The notes under the pieces are model-generated. The model made no database searches. It was not told the DNA's origin and saw only the letters and a list, made by a program, of their open reading frames with translations. Of a DNA stretch of 64,000 nt, positions 1-13,149 are shown in pieces. This DNA comes from Marsupella aquatica (Eukaryota > Plantae > Marchantiophyta): assembly GCA_973895155.1 (NCBI GenBank), contig OZ316898.1:9101079-9165078 (forward strand). The letters are read 5' to 3'. A program made the translations under genes and the position numbers. Every line of letters starts with the position of its first letter. The stretch's first letter is position 1.

Positions 1-1
1 T

Positions 2-277
2 GTTCCAGATATGAGATATGTTCTACATGATGTTGAGGAAGAAGAAAAGTTGTCTCATTTGTGTCATCACAGTGAGAAGCTGGCCATCGCATTTGGGCTC
101 ATTAGCACACCTCCCGGTACTCCTCTCCGCATTATGAAAAATCTTCGGGTTTGTGGCGATTGTCATACTGCCACAAAATTCATTTCAAAGATAGTTCAGC
201 GAACCATCATTGTACGGGATGCAACCCGGTTTCATCACTTTACGGATGGCCACTGCTCGTGTAGGGATTATTGGTGA
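2..277 (+). CDS. 3' end of PLS-class PPR protein, DYW cytidine-deaminase domain (organellar RNA-editing factor); 5' part lies outside the window
   Basis: Frame open from the window edge: [16 protein letters not shown]...[12 protein letters not shown]...[10 protein letters not shown]...RFHHF...CSCRDYW*. HxE and CxxC zinc motifs and terminal DYW are intact. Confidence 0.95.
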   Translation, partial: VPDMRYVLHDVEEEEKLSHLCHHSEKLAIAFGLISTPPGTPLRIMKNLRVCGDCHTATKFISKIVQRTIIVRDATRFHHFTDGHCSCRDYW

Positions 278-1172
278 GCGGAGTTGTGTAATGCGTCTCT
301 GGATTCAATACTCCAAACCTAAGTACAATATTGACGTGTGATCTGTTGAAGGGAAGAGAGAACCTCACATATTTGTAGAAACCGGAGTCTATAGCCTACT
401 TATCATAATGATGTTCCTGGTGAAGACCAGACCAGATCATTATGAGTGGTCTTGGTCTCTGAAATCTGCCGTGGAAATCACATTTATAAAAAAAAAGTGG
501 GCAGGATACAGAAGCAGGGAAGTAGCAGAGGACAACTTCCATGGTCGCTGAAGTTCGTCTTGACAGGCCGCAAGGGAAAATATACTACACGGAAACAGGT
601 GCGTAGTACAGGAACTAATCTTAAAGAGGAACAGGACGAGAGAAGAGGACCACTACTGAGGTTGTGCTGCCCGAGCACTGCTTCGTACCGCAGAGCGAGA
701 AACCACAACACCGAGTAAGAACTGGGTGCGGACGAGAACTTTACCAAAGGTAATCTACGATGAGGGTACCAAAAGGCCCAACAATACTCCTTCTATAACC
801 ACAGACAGTAATTCCACTCTGCTGCATTGAAGGGTTTTATGGCCCACAACTGAAAAGACTTTCCAAATCTAATTTCACTTAATTCTTGCATTTTCTTACA
901 GATGACTCCGTCAAGCTGAGAATCTTTGCTACTGTGAACTACCACCCTCGCGTACCCCATGGCGAGTGAGGCTGACAGTGAAAATCGACTGAACAAATCG
1001 TGCGACTGAAGGAAGCTGAGGAATTAATTCTAATCAAGTCCACTGAGGAATTTGTCAATCTTTTCTCCCGTCTATCACGAATCCGTCATTAGCGTGCAAG
1101 TTAACTCATTTGTCCGAATCATCGCTCATCATGCATGCACAATGAACTAGTTTTCTCCGAGGTTCCTCCACT

Positions 1173-4100
1173 TCAAGACGGTAAGATGTTCAGAGCAACT
1201 TCCTTTAATGTTGGCATCGTTTCCTGCTCATGTATGCACACGAACTGGTAATCCACTCTCCTCAATACTTGCCAAGGTCCTGGGTAAGCCCTGCCAGTAC
1301 CACGAAGTTTCAAATTTATGACTGTCTTGCAGAAGAAAATGTAACTAGCAGGTAAACGTTAAAGCTTCGTACCTGAAGAGAGTGCCTCCAGAACGGCCCT
1401 TGAAATTATGGATGTAGTATACTGTTTCAAATTTTGGGAGGAAGTTTTTTGCAAGAGCTCCCAGTTTTGGATAGAAGAAGGAAGGATAGTCTAACGAACT
1501 GTTAAGATTTTCCAATCCAAGATCAAAAGTCGGTATGTAACATATTTGGGGGCCCTAAGCCCGAGTTCCAGCCACACGTTTCTCGTATCCAGCTAATTCG
1601 TTGCTCAACTCTTAGCAGAGAATATTCACAAACAAAGAGCAGGTAATAAACCAATCACGGCAGATTATATAAAATAGCTCAAGTGAAGGATACAGCCACT
1701 CCTTATTCTATCCAGTTCACCGTTGAAAACAATGATTGGTCGTCCGGAAGCTTCGGCAGAATCTTTATACAGTTCCTCAACCGCAATCATCTCTACACCC
1801 CAAACACAGAAATACCCACCGCACATGAAATGGCTGAACCGACTTCGAAACCTACAACGTAGAACTCTTACAACTGGATCACCAGCTTTAAAATTACTCT
1901 AGTGACAGCACCTCATAGAATTCTGGTAGAAATTTCCTTTATCAACGAGGATTAAATTCTGTACATTAACACATCACCAAGGATTCAATTGTACAGTTGC
2001 ACAAAGCTCTAAAAGATTAAATAAAGTAGATTTACCGTTCACATTGAAGTATGGATAGGCAGCGACGAACACTGCATCAGCTGCCTGGACGTGGTCGGCA
2101 ATTTTCTCTTTCTTACCAAATCCAAAGTCTTCAAGTCCTGACGGTTTTGACAGATAGTCCAACTTGTAAGGCGTGCCTTCGAAAACATTTTTTCTAGCAG
2201 ACTCGACCTCGCTGATATCAGGAAAAAACTGCAACCCAAACAGAGTCAGCTCAAAAAGTCAGAACGCATATTTTCAATCTCAGAGAATGGCCAAGCTCAT
2301 GTACTTTACTCGTTAGACTCCTAAAAGTTAGAAAGAACATAGTCAGCAGAACTGCTGTTGAATTTCTGAGAGGGCGGGAGGAACTTCAAGAAGAGCACCA
2401 ATGTTCACTGGGCGGTTGGCTAGTACGGTTTCTGCTTCGCTAAGCAATTAGTATTTGACAACGTAAGGTTAACAGGGTCTGTAGTTTAGATAGGTCACGA
2501 ACGAAGTCATCAAAGAAGCGTGCTGGATTGAATTCTAAATCCCAAGTCCTAAATTTATCTCGACTAAGCGAAGCTGTCATTTTCCATGAAGTGTCCGAAA
2601 AACACTGCCACGAGCAGAGAACATGTTACTCATGATTGACGAGGGCAGAAATTTGTTAGACATCACGTTCCAGATTTAGAAATTCGCACCGGGATTCTAG
2701 TCTTCTCTGACTTTTAGAATTTCGATATGCTACGCTTCGTCAGAAGACAAGTCGGGTTGATTTCCTTGTAATGTCGCGATTTGATTGTCTCAAGACTCAA
2801 AAGTCTGGATGATCTAGAATACTTTCCAATGGTATTCAACAGTACCTATAACAAACCCTAAACCACGGCCAATTCACGGGATGGTACCGGATTCTTGAGA
2901 TTAGGGAGCAGCGAATTGCGTTAGCAGGGAAACACGAACATTACAATTCGGGTGCGAGAAGCTTTTTCTGCACTGAAAACTCGACAGAACTCTCGGACAA
3001 GAAGCATACTGGTGTTCATCTCAATTCCTCCCTCTGCATCACCTGCATCGGCAAGGAAACCCAAAAGAAAGTCATAAGATCGTCTGCTGTTTAATACTTG
3101 AATTGTCGCTTTCAATAAATGCAACAATTTTGCAGTTCTTACACTTCGTGAGGTTTGTCTTTGTAATTATCAGTGCATTTATGTAAAAGCAAAAAAATCA
3201 CTTAGACCTTTGAAGTGTAGCAACAGAGCATTATTGGCAATAACAGTAAACCCTAAACCCTAAACCCCCTTAAAACTCGAAAAGCCCTCGTTTTTCAAGC
3301 CCCACAATGCCCCGTAAACAGGACGTCACTATATTGATAAACGCCCACCAGAAACAGAAGGGAGCTTGTCTACCTGGGACAGTATCAAGCCCGGCAGTTG
3401 GAAACTCGATTTCCTGCTCCGACGAAATACCAATCAGTCCATTGCTATGCAAGTATATACATTGAGGCACGTAGATTTGCACTATCACGTCAGCTCAGTG
3501 CGATTCGTGGGAAGAAGATCTCCTTCCTTGTAAGATGAGATTCTACGACTTACCATCAACATTTTAGAATCCTTCATGGCAGCTGAAGTAGCTGTCCTGG
3601 CCTGCAGGAATATCAGAAATTCATTAGCTCAAGACAGGGACCGCAAGGTCTCGAACTCTGGGGTTGAAAGTGAGTCTTCGCAGGAAAGAAATTAGGTACC
3701 TACCTGGTCGAGGAGTTCATCATAATCCCTGGGAAAATCGACCGACGTAGAGGCCACCGCCGCCGCGATACTCCAAAAATTCTTATTTCTTCTTGTACCC
3801 CGTGCTTGTTTGGGCCCCCTTGGGCTCCTCATTCCATTATCTAAGTTAATAAGCCTTATGCATTTCTTGCTAGCGACTATGCTTGCATTCCTTTGACATA
3901 GTCCTCCCCGTCCATGTGGTCTCTGCAAATTTGTTCAGAGATTTTGGTAAGCTAGCTAACAGAAAACTCTGGTTCCACTCTTGAATCGATAGTGGATTTA
4001 TTGGTGGTTTTGGTGTTTATCTGTGGAGCTTTATAACTTGTGGCCTGTCGATCCAGTCAAATCCAATTCAACCCATTTGAATGCAGCGAGCTCAACAAGA

Positions 4101-4797
4101 GAAAGAGCAAAAGTATATCACAGTCCATTGTAAGCATCAGCGATGATAGCCAGTGGGTTTCCATACTTTCATCGAAGACAGATAGATATGCTTCAGTAGC
4201 AAGTTTACGCACTGTCCTGCAGGGAAAATGCTTATCCATCCGAGGCACCTTTCTGGGGCAGAAAATCCTGTCGGACCTATTATTGCAAAATGGAGTGTGA
4301 CGATGGGTCCAATTCAAAATCGTCCCAGACGATAACAGTCATTCGAAGCAGGACGCCATGTCAACAGCAGCTTTCTCAACAAGAACGAATCCCATAAAAA
4401 TCCAAATAATCTCTTCGACAGAAAAACACATCTAGCTCTCTACTCCGTCACAGCATTGGAGTGACAAGCCTGTCGAGGAACAGGTAATCTTTCTGTCACA
4501 GAGAACAAGCTACAACTTACTACAAATCGACCTGGAGGACCACTCCATTGAACTCACGTCACGTCCAGAGCACCGTCGAGGTAAATTAGAACTCCTGAGT
4601 GCCAGTGAGGAAGGCAATGGACCAGTTGCAATTTCAAGCAGCTGAAAACCCAGTCACTCAGAGTATTAGACTCTTACACTCGAAAGGCTTTGGAAAGCGA
4701 AGCACCTACTTACCAAAATGTCGCTCAGATGTCGTCTGCCTTCCGAAGTGAAAAAATGGCAGGATTGAGGGGCGAAGCAGTGAGTAGTAGTAGACAT
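1173..4797 (-). CDS. LPA3: LOW PSII ACCUMULATION 3-like chloroplast protein (DUF1995 family), 9 exons, ~338 aa
   Basis: Exons 4797-4714, 3922-3704, 3601-3554, 3413-3374, 3042-2945, 2228-2036, 1792-1694, 1490-1373, 1290-1173 join in frame through GT-AG introns (1017 nt). Motifs FPRDYDELL, EIEFPTAGL, FFPD, AYPYFNVNEM, FNGELDRIRSGYYP, YPGPWQV; N-terminus is transit-peptide-like. The first exon is the least certain. Confidence 0.88.
1491..1693 (-). other. U12-type (minor spliceosome) GT-AG intron in LPA3
   Basis: 5' splice site GTATCCTTC; branch-point-like ATCTTAAC ~10 nt before the AG; splicing restores RSGY|YPSFFYP. Confidence 0.85.
3247..3269 (+). repeat. Short interstitial plant telomere-type repeat (AAACCCT)n / telo-box in an LPA3 intron
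   Basis: taaaccctaaaccctaaacccc; another aaaccctaaacc near 2853. Confidence 0.6.
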
Positions 4798-5394
4798 TTC
4801 CGGAAGACGCAGAAGTGCCACTAAAGAATGAGACCGGCCACCCTCCCCTCGCTCCTTCACTCAAATCTCCCTAGTTTGAGATAAATGCTTCATATCCGTG
4901 CTCTGTGTCACCATTTGAGATCCCCCTCATGTCTATACGCTCTGTGTTCTCAGCTCTCCTCATCAGATACCGTACTGCAATTGAAAGCATAACATACGCA
5001 CGATCTCAGCTCAAAATCCGGAGTTAGTCTCAGAATTGCTCACGATCACTTTCTTTCATCAATTTGGACTCCTCCAGCGACTCTCTTTGGGAATTGACGC
5101 CGCTTCAAGAGCTCGATGATTCGTGGCTACTTCCTCCATTCACTATTTCGGAGCCATTACTCTGTGAGAGAGCGAGAGAATCAGCGGATGGATGACAAGA
5201 TTGGTCCTGTGCAAAAAATCATATCGCTTTCCTGTTGAGAATAAAGTTTTGGGTTTATGACTGTGGAGAAGTTTTATCGAGCTGTAAGCTCTGATGTGCT
5301 CTCCACCCAAACCTTTTGCTCAGATATGGTTCATGAGATTTCACAAAATCTATTAAAACAAAAAAAACCTTAATGAGAATAACACAACACTTCA

Positions 5395-5625
5395 GGATCT
5401 CATCCAAGTTAGAATGTTTGGATGGAGATCCCATCTAAGCTTATGATTTGATTTCTAGGATAAAATGTGTTTAGAGAAAGAAAACTTGACTTTCGCAGAG
5501 AGAGCATTTTGGGATGTCATTCGAGTTCAGGGTTTGGATGGAGATCCCATCAAAGCTTATGATATGATTTTTGGGATAACAAATAATTAGAAGAAAAAAG
5601 CTTGACTTTAATAGACAGAGCATTT
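5395..5625 (+). repeat. ~117-bp tandem repeat (2 units, start of a third after the retroposon), with internal palindrome
   Basis: ggatctcatccaa...ttggatggagatcccatc-aagcttatgat...cttgacttt...gagcattt occurs twice; it resumes as gcattttgggatctcatcc at 6709. Confidence 0.75.
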
Positions 5626-6708
5626 ATATGTAAATAACTGCAAAGGAACAAGGAGCGCCCAGCCAGGAGACATGGTCCCAAATGTGGAAGACCCAATCAA
5701 GGGAAGGCAAGCACAAAAGCCAAGAGGCCAAAGAAGCCAACCAGGACAGCCCAACAAAACAAACCAACAACAAGGAAACTAATAACCTACCTAAAACTCT
5801 ACCTATCAGCATACTGAAGAGACTGGTAGAGCTCCAAGGTGAACTGCACAGGAGGGTCTACCAAAGGAACCTGTCTAGATGCCCGAGAACTAATTGCCTC
5901 ACCCCTCTGAAGGATAGTGAAAAGCCTGAGCCCTCTGAAGTGTGACACCCGCTGACGAAAGAAGGCCGCAATGACAGACAACAGGGGGTAGGGACTCCGC
6001 TCAATATAGTGAACTGCACAAGATCATAGGAAACAGCCAAACGTCAGATGATGAGCCCCAAAGGCCTCCACAACAAACAGATCGGTAGAACAGGTCACCC
6101 AGGTAACGCACAACATAAGCCTCCTCCTTCAAACGCGCAGCCCTCACAACGGCATGTCTAGGTACATAAGCTACTGCAGCAACGTTGGCCCCACTAGTAG
6201 GGTCAGCAACAACCACATCCCCAAGAGACCAAACTCCAGCACGAGAGAACACAAGGTCGGCACGTTGCAAGTTGGGGATCCCATCCTGGGGGACAAACAT
6301 GTCACCGCTCCATTGAGACATGGAACCCCGAGTCCCGGGCAATGGCCGCCATCACATCTCGAATGTCATCATGCATTGCAGTCCTCTTACTACCCTAGCC
6401 ACACTGAGGGCTATGAATGCCCTCCGTATCAAGGGACGCCCCACAAACACATGTGGGCCTGCATGTGGGGTGGCCCAACAGGCAGGGGTGGGGGAGACCA
6501 AGCCTGAGGTGCATGGACATAGTGAAGATAGATGAGCTCATACACAAAGGGACCCAAAGAGGACTAGCCAAAACCAGGCCCAAGAACCATCGCTTGCACC
6601 GGATAAAAGACGGGCCCGGACCAAGTCAAAAGGTGCATAAGAAAGCATGTTAGAAAGGGTGTATCAATGCATGAGGAGCAGAAGCAACAACTACTTGCAA
6701 CAACCTTT
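5626..6708 (-). mobile_element. 5'-truncated, decayed non-LTR retrotransposon with C-terminal restriction-like endonuclease (CRE-like clade)
   Basis: Minus-strand translation across stops/frameshifts: LRLGLPHP...CVCGASLDTEGIHSPQCG*GSKRTAMHDDIRDVMAAIARDSGFHV (zinc knuckle), then RADLVF...LGDVVVADP...AARLKEEAY (RLE PD-D motif region). GCATTT flanks both ends (5620-5625, 6709-6714). Confidence 0.7.
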
Positions 6709-8455
6709 GCATTTTGGGATCTCATCCTAATGCAAAGGTTTAGCCAAAGTGTCTAAAGCTAATGAGTCAAGTTCTACATAATTGTCTCAAAATATTATTT
6801 TAATTCACATCAGACAACACTTTTCTTTAATATCAAATAATTTGGTGGGTGTTATAAGACATTGCCCCCATAAAATTTTTAAAAAAAAAAAAAAAAAAAA
6901 ACACATTGCCCCCAAAGAGACCATGCATTATTGTTAGTACACAGCTCCCCAAAAAGGAAGTACCCAGGTCCAAAAGTGGCAATGGGTTATCGACATACAT
7001 AGGCATTACCGACAGTCCATAGCCCCCAAAAGATTTCATGGATTACTGAGCCACACCCAACGAGGTGATGAATGATTGAGCCCCGAAGAGGCCATGAATT
7101 ATTGAGCAGTTCATTGCTCCCACAGACATGGATTAGTGTGCCTAGGCCTCAAGTCTGTTTTTACCATATCTGCATTGGAATGCTTTCAGCCAAGGACCAA
7201 AACTACTCGAAGAGATACGAATCCAGGGGAGAGCTCAATATGGGAGAATTGTTCAATTCCCCATTTGAATCAACTTCTCCCCAATCATCTCCTTCGGTAC
7301 TCAGTTGAAGCTCGAGATTGCTCCCTTCAGATTGTGAAGATTCGCAGGCTCTTCTTCCCTTCCGAGCGAGTACTGTACTGCGTCTGGTGTCATGCACATG
7401 TCATTGTACCATTCGAGGTTGCTGGTTGAAATGTAATACGGACTCGGTTGTCGTGCACATGCCACTGTACTCTCGGAGATTCCTGGTTGAGAAAGGTTGG
7501 CAGCCACATGCCGCTGCACTCTGGGAGATTTCTAGTTGAGAAAACAATATCAGCTCAAAAGTCATGCACCTGCCACTGAACCCATTTGAGCTTCCAAATG
7601 AAGGCAGTCTGGGTGTACCGAAGCATTCTGTACAGGCCTTCATAGATCACACCCAATGTGCTTGAAGGTCGATAGCAAGCTGTCGGAGACGATTGGACAT
7701 CCCAGACCAGGACCGAAGGTGATCGCACACAAAGCTTCATGCCTAAACTATGCTGTCTTCATTGAGGTTTTAGGGTTCGTGTAACGAACCACACTCCCGC
7801 TCCGAACAGTTCATGGAAGAGTTCATTTCTTTCTCGAGAATCGAAGACAACACCATAAAGATGAGAGTTCAAAGAAGCTCCATAAGAGCAGCGATAAATA
7901 TGCCACATTTACGTACGAAGCGAACTGCCATGAGAATGTCATCGATCTTGAATACTCGAACACCTTCGCTCCCCGCGATCTTGTGGCGTTGTCGACGTTG
8001 GTGACTTTCAGACATTACACATCAAGACCAATAGGGACACCTTTGATAATCGCGGCCACATACACTTCAAAACCGTTGGATTTTACAATGCATTGGAGCA
8101 CTAGTGGCTCATCCAAACAGATGCCTTCCAAAAATCTCAGAGGTTTCCCCATGGGGATTTTTAGAGAGTAAAAATAGATGGCCAACAGCCGTGCTCAGAG
8201 AGCTCATCTTGCTGTACATAGGTTTTCAAGATGCTCAAATAATTGTCTACCGTTGCCGCATTTGCCTTTTAAATATCGGAACCACCTACAAAGAATGAGG
8301 CTAATAGAATAGCGAGGTACCTACTGAGTTCTGGAATCCACGATAACGACGCTAAGGAGAGCAAAAACTGAAGTGCACACAACCTTGTTCACCTCCAGAA
8401 CAGAACAGCGACCAGGGTGACAAATGGTGACCCTGATACAGAACCCCCGCCCTGA

Positions 8456-11013
8456 TTAACCTTTGAGGAGGCCAGTTTCTTCGTCTGATGTGGCTGACAG
8501 ACCCTTTTGTACTTTGTCACTTGGAAGAGGATACACTCGCTTCTCCTTGCCGCCTGGCTTGGATGACGCATTACCGTACCAAATCATTCCCACAATCGCT
8601 AAAATCATACCCAGAACCACTTGAAAGCTTAACCCTTGCCTTCCGAACAGAAGGAATCCTAGAAAGAGAACTAGCACTGTCTTCATATGCCCCAAAACTT
8701 GGAATGAGACAGCTGTGAACCTCCCGATACAGATAAATTGGCTTAGGTTTGTTCCGACGGCAATCACGCAAGACAGCACGATGAAAAACTGCACAATACC
8801 ACGATTTTACCTCTATTAGTACAATCTCAGGGTTGCAATTAAGCAGCCTCGATTTTGCTGCACAACATGCATAACAGCAAAGATAGCCCTGATCAAAACA
8901 CTCGGATTCAGACTTTGATCGGGAAAAGAAAACAGTCATCCGTATCGCTAAGATCCAGTTGGTAAACCCTCTAAGGAAAGCTATACTTACAACTGAAGGG
9001 ACGCTAAAGTCGAAGAGGTCAACTCTTGTTTCAGTTAACCAGTAGTCCACCAGAGGCCCTGTGAGGATGAGGCTAGCAGCTTGTACTGGGGCGGTGTGAC
9101 CAAGGAGGTCAAAGGAGCCCAGAGAATATTTCTTCTGCATACTGTGGACATACTGGAACCACATTGTACACAGTAGATGAACACTTGCAGGTATCACACA
9201 ACTGGTATAGAAAAAACACAACTTCCTACCAATAACTACCCAAAATTTTAAAAAGAGGGACAGCACATTGATTGCAATTTATTGTCAGCACTCGATGTCC
9301 GTCCTTCCGTCTTTGATATGCAACTTGAAATTTGGCATTTTCTCGTCATTGTCCCTGACATAGCACGATTTCATGGATGAAAACATCTTAACATGTCTCT
9401 AATGCGAAACTTACATATTGTTGCAGAGCAGTGCACCACACCGCAATTCCAGCGGCAATGAAGCCTTTGGTATTCACACTGACATCACTAACAGTACACA
9501 CTGCTACGCCGAGGAGCACGACGGTGATACTCAACTTCGTATCCCTCGAATAACGAATCTTGTCGAACAACACCTCAAATAAGCATGACACCGGAATCAT
9601 GCTCAATTTAGCTATCTGTGATGCACCCAGCGACACGAATAAGAGATAATAGTAAGCAAGTAGTTGAATGCTCAAAAGCATTACAATGGGCCAGAAACCA
9701 TGTGAACTAGCGACTGAGGTCGCGCAGAAATGGTCGGCGATTGGGCAATTAAACTTCGCATCGACAATCCTTCATTTGCCCGCGTTCCGCTGAACACTAT
9801 TTCGAAGTAGACACTCCAATCAAGACCTAATAATGTAGTCCTACCATGTACATACGAAAGAGCAACTACATCTCAATCCCTTCTAGATATTGAACCTCTT
9901 CCCATCCACATCTTAAGAACTGACACAGTCACAGCTTTACAAACACTGGTACCTGATAAAAGCCGACAGAATTCCACATAAGGCTGACATTCATCCCAAC
10001 GATGGAGAAGTTGGCACACAGAGCAAACTTCGCAAGTTCCAGGGCCGGTAGATGCGAAGGTTGGATGTAGCCCAAACAGCGCAGAACGAGTGTCATGAGT
10101 GTCGTCATCGTGAAATGCAAGCCGGTGAGCGTAGTGGCTGCAGTTCACACATTTACAAAACACAATCACGACCAAGTACTCTTCTTTTCCCCACATCAAG
10201 AAAAAAGTTGTCACAAACATGGAAGTGTCTCAATTTGATGTAAAATGAATCACTAAACACGTCACCACGATGACGTCTTCGGTACTAGAGAGGAACAAAG
10301 ATGAGGGAAAAAAAAATTCCGACATGGACCTAGGAAAGGCAATGGGCACAGCACGCAATGTAGTCACACAGTCACGGATCTAACGACGTTTTGGACAAAT
10401 TCGAGTGCCCAAGACGAGACAACTAAGGGACTGTAATAATCAGAGGGAGAACGAAACAGAAGTGGATGCAGAAGCTCGATGATTTCCACCATCGAGAGAA
10501 ACAGATCCAGGACAGAAATTTGGATTCACGATAGCTGCCAACGAAGCTGACCAGAGACTCGAAAGTTGGTGTATCAACGCCGAAGGCAATCTTGCCATCA
10601 AATTAGCTACTCAGCAATGTTTAAGAGGCCAGTGAAGGGGTTGTTGAACTGGGGAGGAGGAAGGAAGGGGAGGTGTAGAGAATAAGCGGCCAGTTCAGTT
10701 GGCACATCTGCAGATCAACGATTTCGGAGAAGGAAACACAAATCTGGTTTGAAGACTAGTGCCCGACAATCCGACACCTCAACTTCGATGTCGAGAGAGA
10801 GACGTGAAGAAAGAAGACGAAGGGAGCAATGCTAGTCAAGAATAATGTTGGGCAAACGCCAGTGCTCTGCTGCATACCAAAATTGAAGCCATAGTACGAC
10901 ATGAGCTGCTTGTTGATCATAATAATGCCGACCGAAGTGCTCACGTTGAAGAGCCATGCTCCCGTGTCAAGCACCGCCTTGCGATCTGCCTTGCTGCTAC
11001 TTGAAGGAGCCAT
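8456..11013 (-). CDS. URGT: UDP-rhamnose/UDP-galactose transporter-like Golgi nucleotide-sugar transporter (TPT/NST family), 5 exons, ~338 aa
   Basis: Exons 11013-10878, 10137-9953, 9615-9415, 9152-8991, 8788-8456 join in frame (1017 nt). Motifs [64 protein letters not shown]. Confidence 0.93.
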
Positions 11014-11871
11014 CTTTTCCTTTCCTCTCTCTCGATAATGGGGAGGAAGCGAAGGAGTTCCCACCTACCGACCTCTTAAATCCATTCCTGCACCTCCTCC
11101 TCGCCCTTTGACTACACAGCCAAACAAGAATGAACAACGTCAGGTAGCCAATGACAGTCTGTACCACACCAAACCTCAAGGACCCAGATCTCCCATTACC
11201 AAGATCGTAAAAGTAGCCAACACAATCACTCTACCGACCGCACACAACCTTCAATGACTGTCCGTCCGTCCACCCTAAAACATCCCCCCCACCTCGGTCC
11301 CAATTAAGCCCCCACTCGTGCACTAACTCCGATCCACACAACAAACAATGCCTCTCCCTGCATGTCCCCTGCGCACACACCAAAACCACACCATACACCC
11401 TCTCACAGAAAGCTCTCGACGCACTCGACTCCGACTCAGAGCAGAGAAACTAATCTCAACAGCAGCAGCGACATCGCCCACATACCTCCTCCCCGAGACT
11501 ACTAACTGGGCAGAACATGCCAACAACGAGAGAATCGATGCACAAGACTCCTTCGCTCCTTCTTCTTCCTCCTCCGCTGCCCTCTTCTCTCCTCCCCACT
11601 TCAGTTAGTTCAGTGCCCCGCCGACTGACGACATCGCTCCCGTAAGAAGACTCTAACTTTTCTTCCACATCGACGAGAGAGAGAGCAGCAGCAAGAGAGA
11701 GGAGATCGACGAAAACGACGAGCGAAGAGGCAGAGTAGTAGAATTGATCTCCTCCAGTGAGTAAAGTGCGTTGCTCCTTGCTCTTTGCCTACCGTCTCCG
11801 TCGCCGTCGTCGCCGCCACGGACTTTTCAGAGACCGACGTCGTACACCCGGATTGACGAACGGACCGGGTA

Positions 11872-11953
11872 TTATCCACCGTTTCTTCTCATGTAGGTTG
11901 CAGACCGAAGGGTATCATCCACCGTTTCTTCGCATGTAGGCTGCAGACCGAAG
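11872..11953 (+). repeat. ~43-bp tandem duplication upstream of the URGT gene
   Basis: atccaccgtttcttc.catgtagg.tgcagaccgaag occurs twice. Confidence 0.75.
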
Positions 11954-12419
11954 AACGCCGTTTTATCATGACTACTGTCGCAGTGATTCGTCGCTTTACA
12001 GTGGTGATTAATAATATTTAATATTAATCATTCCGGGGCAAGAGTGAAGAGTCAATCCCCGGTCCCCTGCCGGGCGACTGGAGTTCAAATGCGTCGATCC
12101 TGGCCGTGGGTTTTCTGAGCTGACGCCTCAGATCGCTTTGCGTCATAAGTCTCGACCACTGGTACTTGGTGCGTCGGTCCTTCCGTGTTCCGTCCGTTTC
12201 GATTTTAGGCATTTTTGACCATAATGTCCTTTGTGGGATGGAATCTTCGGCCCGATTCGGCGTATGGGGCCGTTGGATGAGGGGAATCGACGGTAAAGGT
12301 GGGCGTGTTGGCGAACCTGGCATTCTTTTGACATCACGGAGTATGATTGTGGCAGCACCGTACCCGGGAGTACGGGAGAGCGTCAGGTCCTCAAAGGAGC
12401 ACTCATGGCGTGGTAGGTC

Positions 12420-12820
12420 CGCCGATGTTGGGCATGGGCACGACGACGGTGAGCCTTTCGTTCTCCCTATAGGAGAGAAGGTTTCTTTCAGGAATAAAAA
12501 GAAAAACGTCGATGTTGGGCATTGGCACGACGACTGTTCTCCCTATAGGATAGAAAGTTTCTTTCGGGAATAAAAAGAAAAACGTCGATGTTGGGCATGG
12601 TGAGTCTCCCTATTGAAGAGAAATTTCTTTTGCGAACAAAAAGAAAAACGCTGATGTTGGGCATGGGCACGACGACGGTGAGCTTTTTGTTCTCCCGATA
12701 GAAGAGAAAGTTTCTTTCAGGAATGAAAAGCAAAATCTCGATGTTGGGCATGGGCACGAACCCGATGAGCTTTTCGTTCTCCCTATTGGAGAGAAAGTTT
12801 ATTTTGGGACAAAAGAAACA
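12420..12820 (+). repeat. Minisatellite, 5 units of 66-87 bp
   Basis: Core gatgttgggcat at 12424, 12511, 12587, 12653, 12740, each followed by homologous tctccctat..gagagaaagtttcttt..gaataaaaagaaaaacg. Confidence 0.9.
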
Positions 12821-13149
12821 GAAATTGTGGGTCCGTGGACAGTGCCCTATGGCCGACGTAATTGTTAAGATTTTGTCTTCTTCACGAGTGTGACTAATGC
12901 CACCTTGTTAGAAGGAGAAGATGCTGCTAATATTTTTTAGCTAATTTTGACCATCAGATATCCCTTAATCTAAGGATGTCAATTAAGGTACGGGTATGGG
13001 GTCTGTGGCTAGGTGGAAAATTGGCTAACGGATCACATAAACTCTAGCCAATTTTAGCGACTACACTGTTTGAAGTAACTGATCTTATCTCAGAATTAGT
13101 TTGAGTCCTAATCAATGTTGGTTACACTATTTCAAGAGTGGTGCCAGTT

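Noticed and set aside
7072-7095. tgattgagcc resembling the start of miR171
   Set aside because: The match stops after about 10 nt and no precursor hairpin is evident.
7050-8400. Cluster of short ORFs on both strands
   Set aside because: No recognisable motifs or consistent exon chain; more likely URGT 3' region or intergenic DNA.
12420-12820. CRISPR-like appearance (recurring gatgttgggcatgggcacga core)
   Set aside because: The intervening sequences are homologous to each other, there are no cas genes and the context is eukaryotic; it is a minisatellite.
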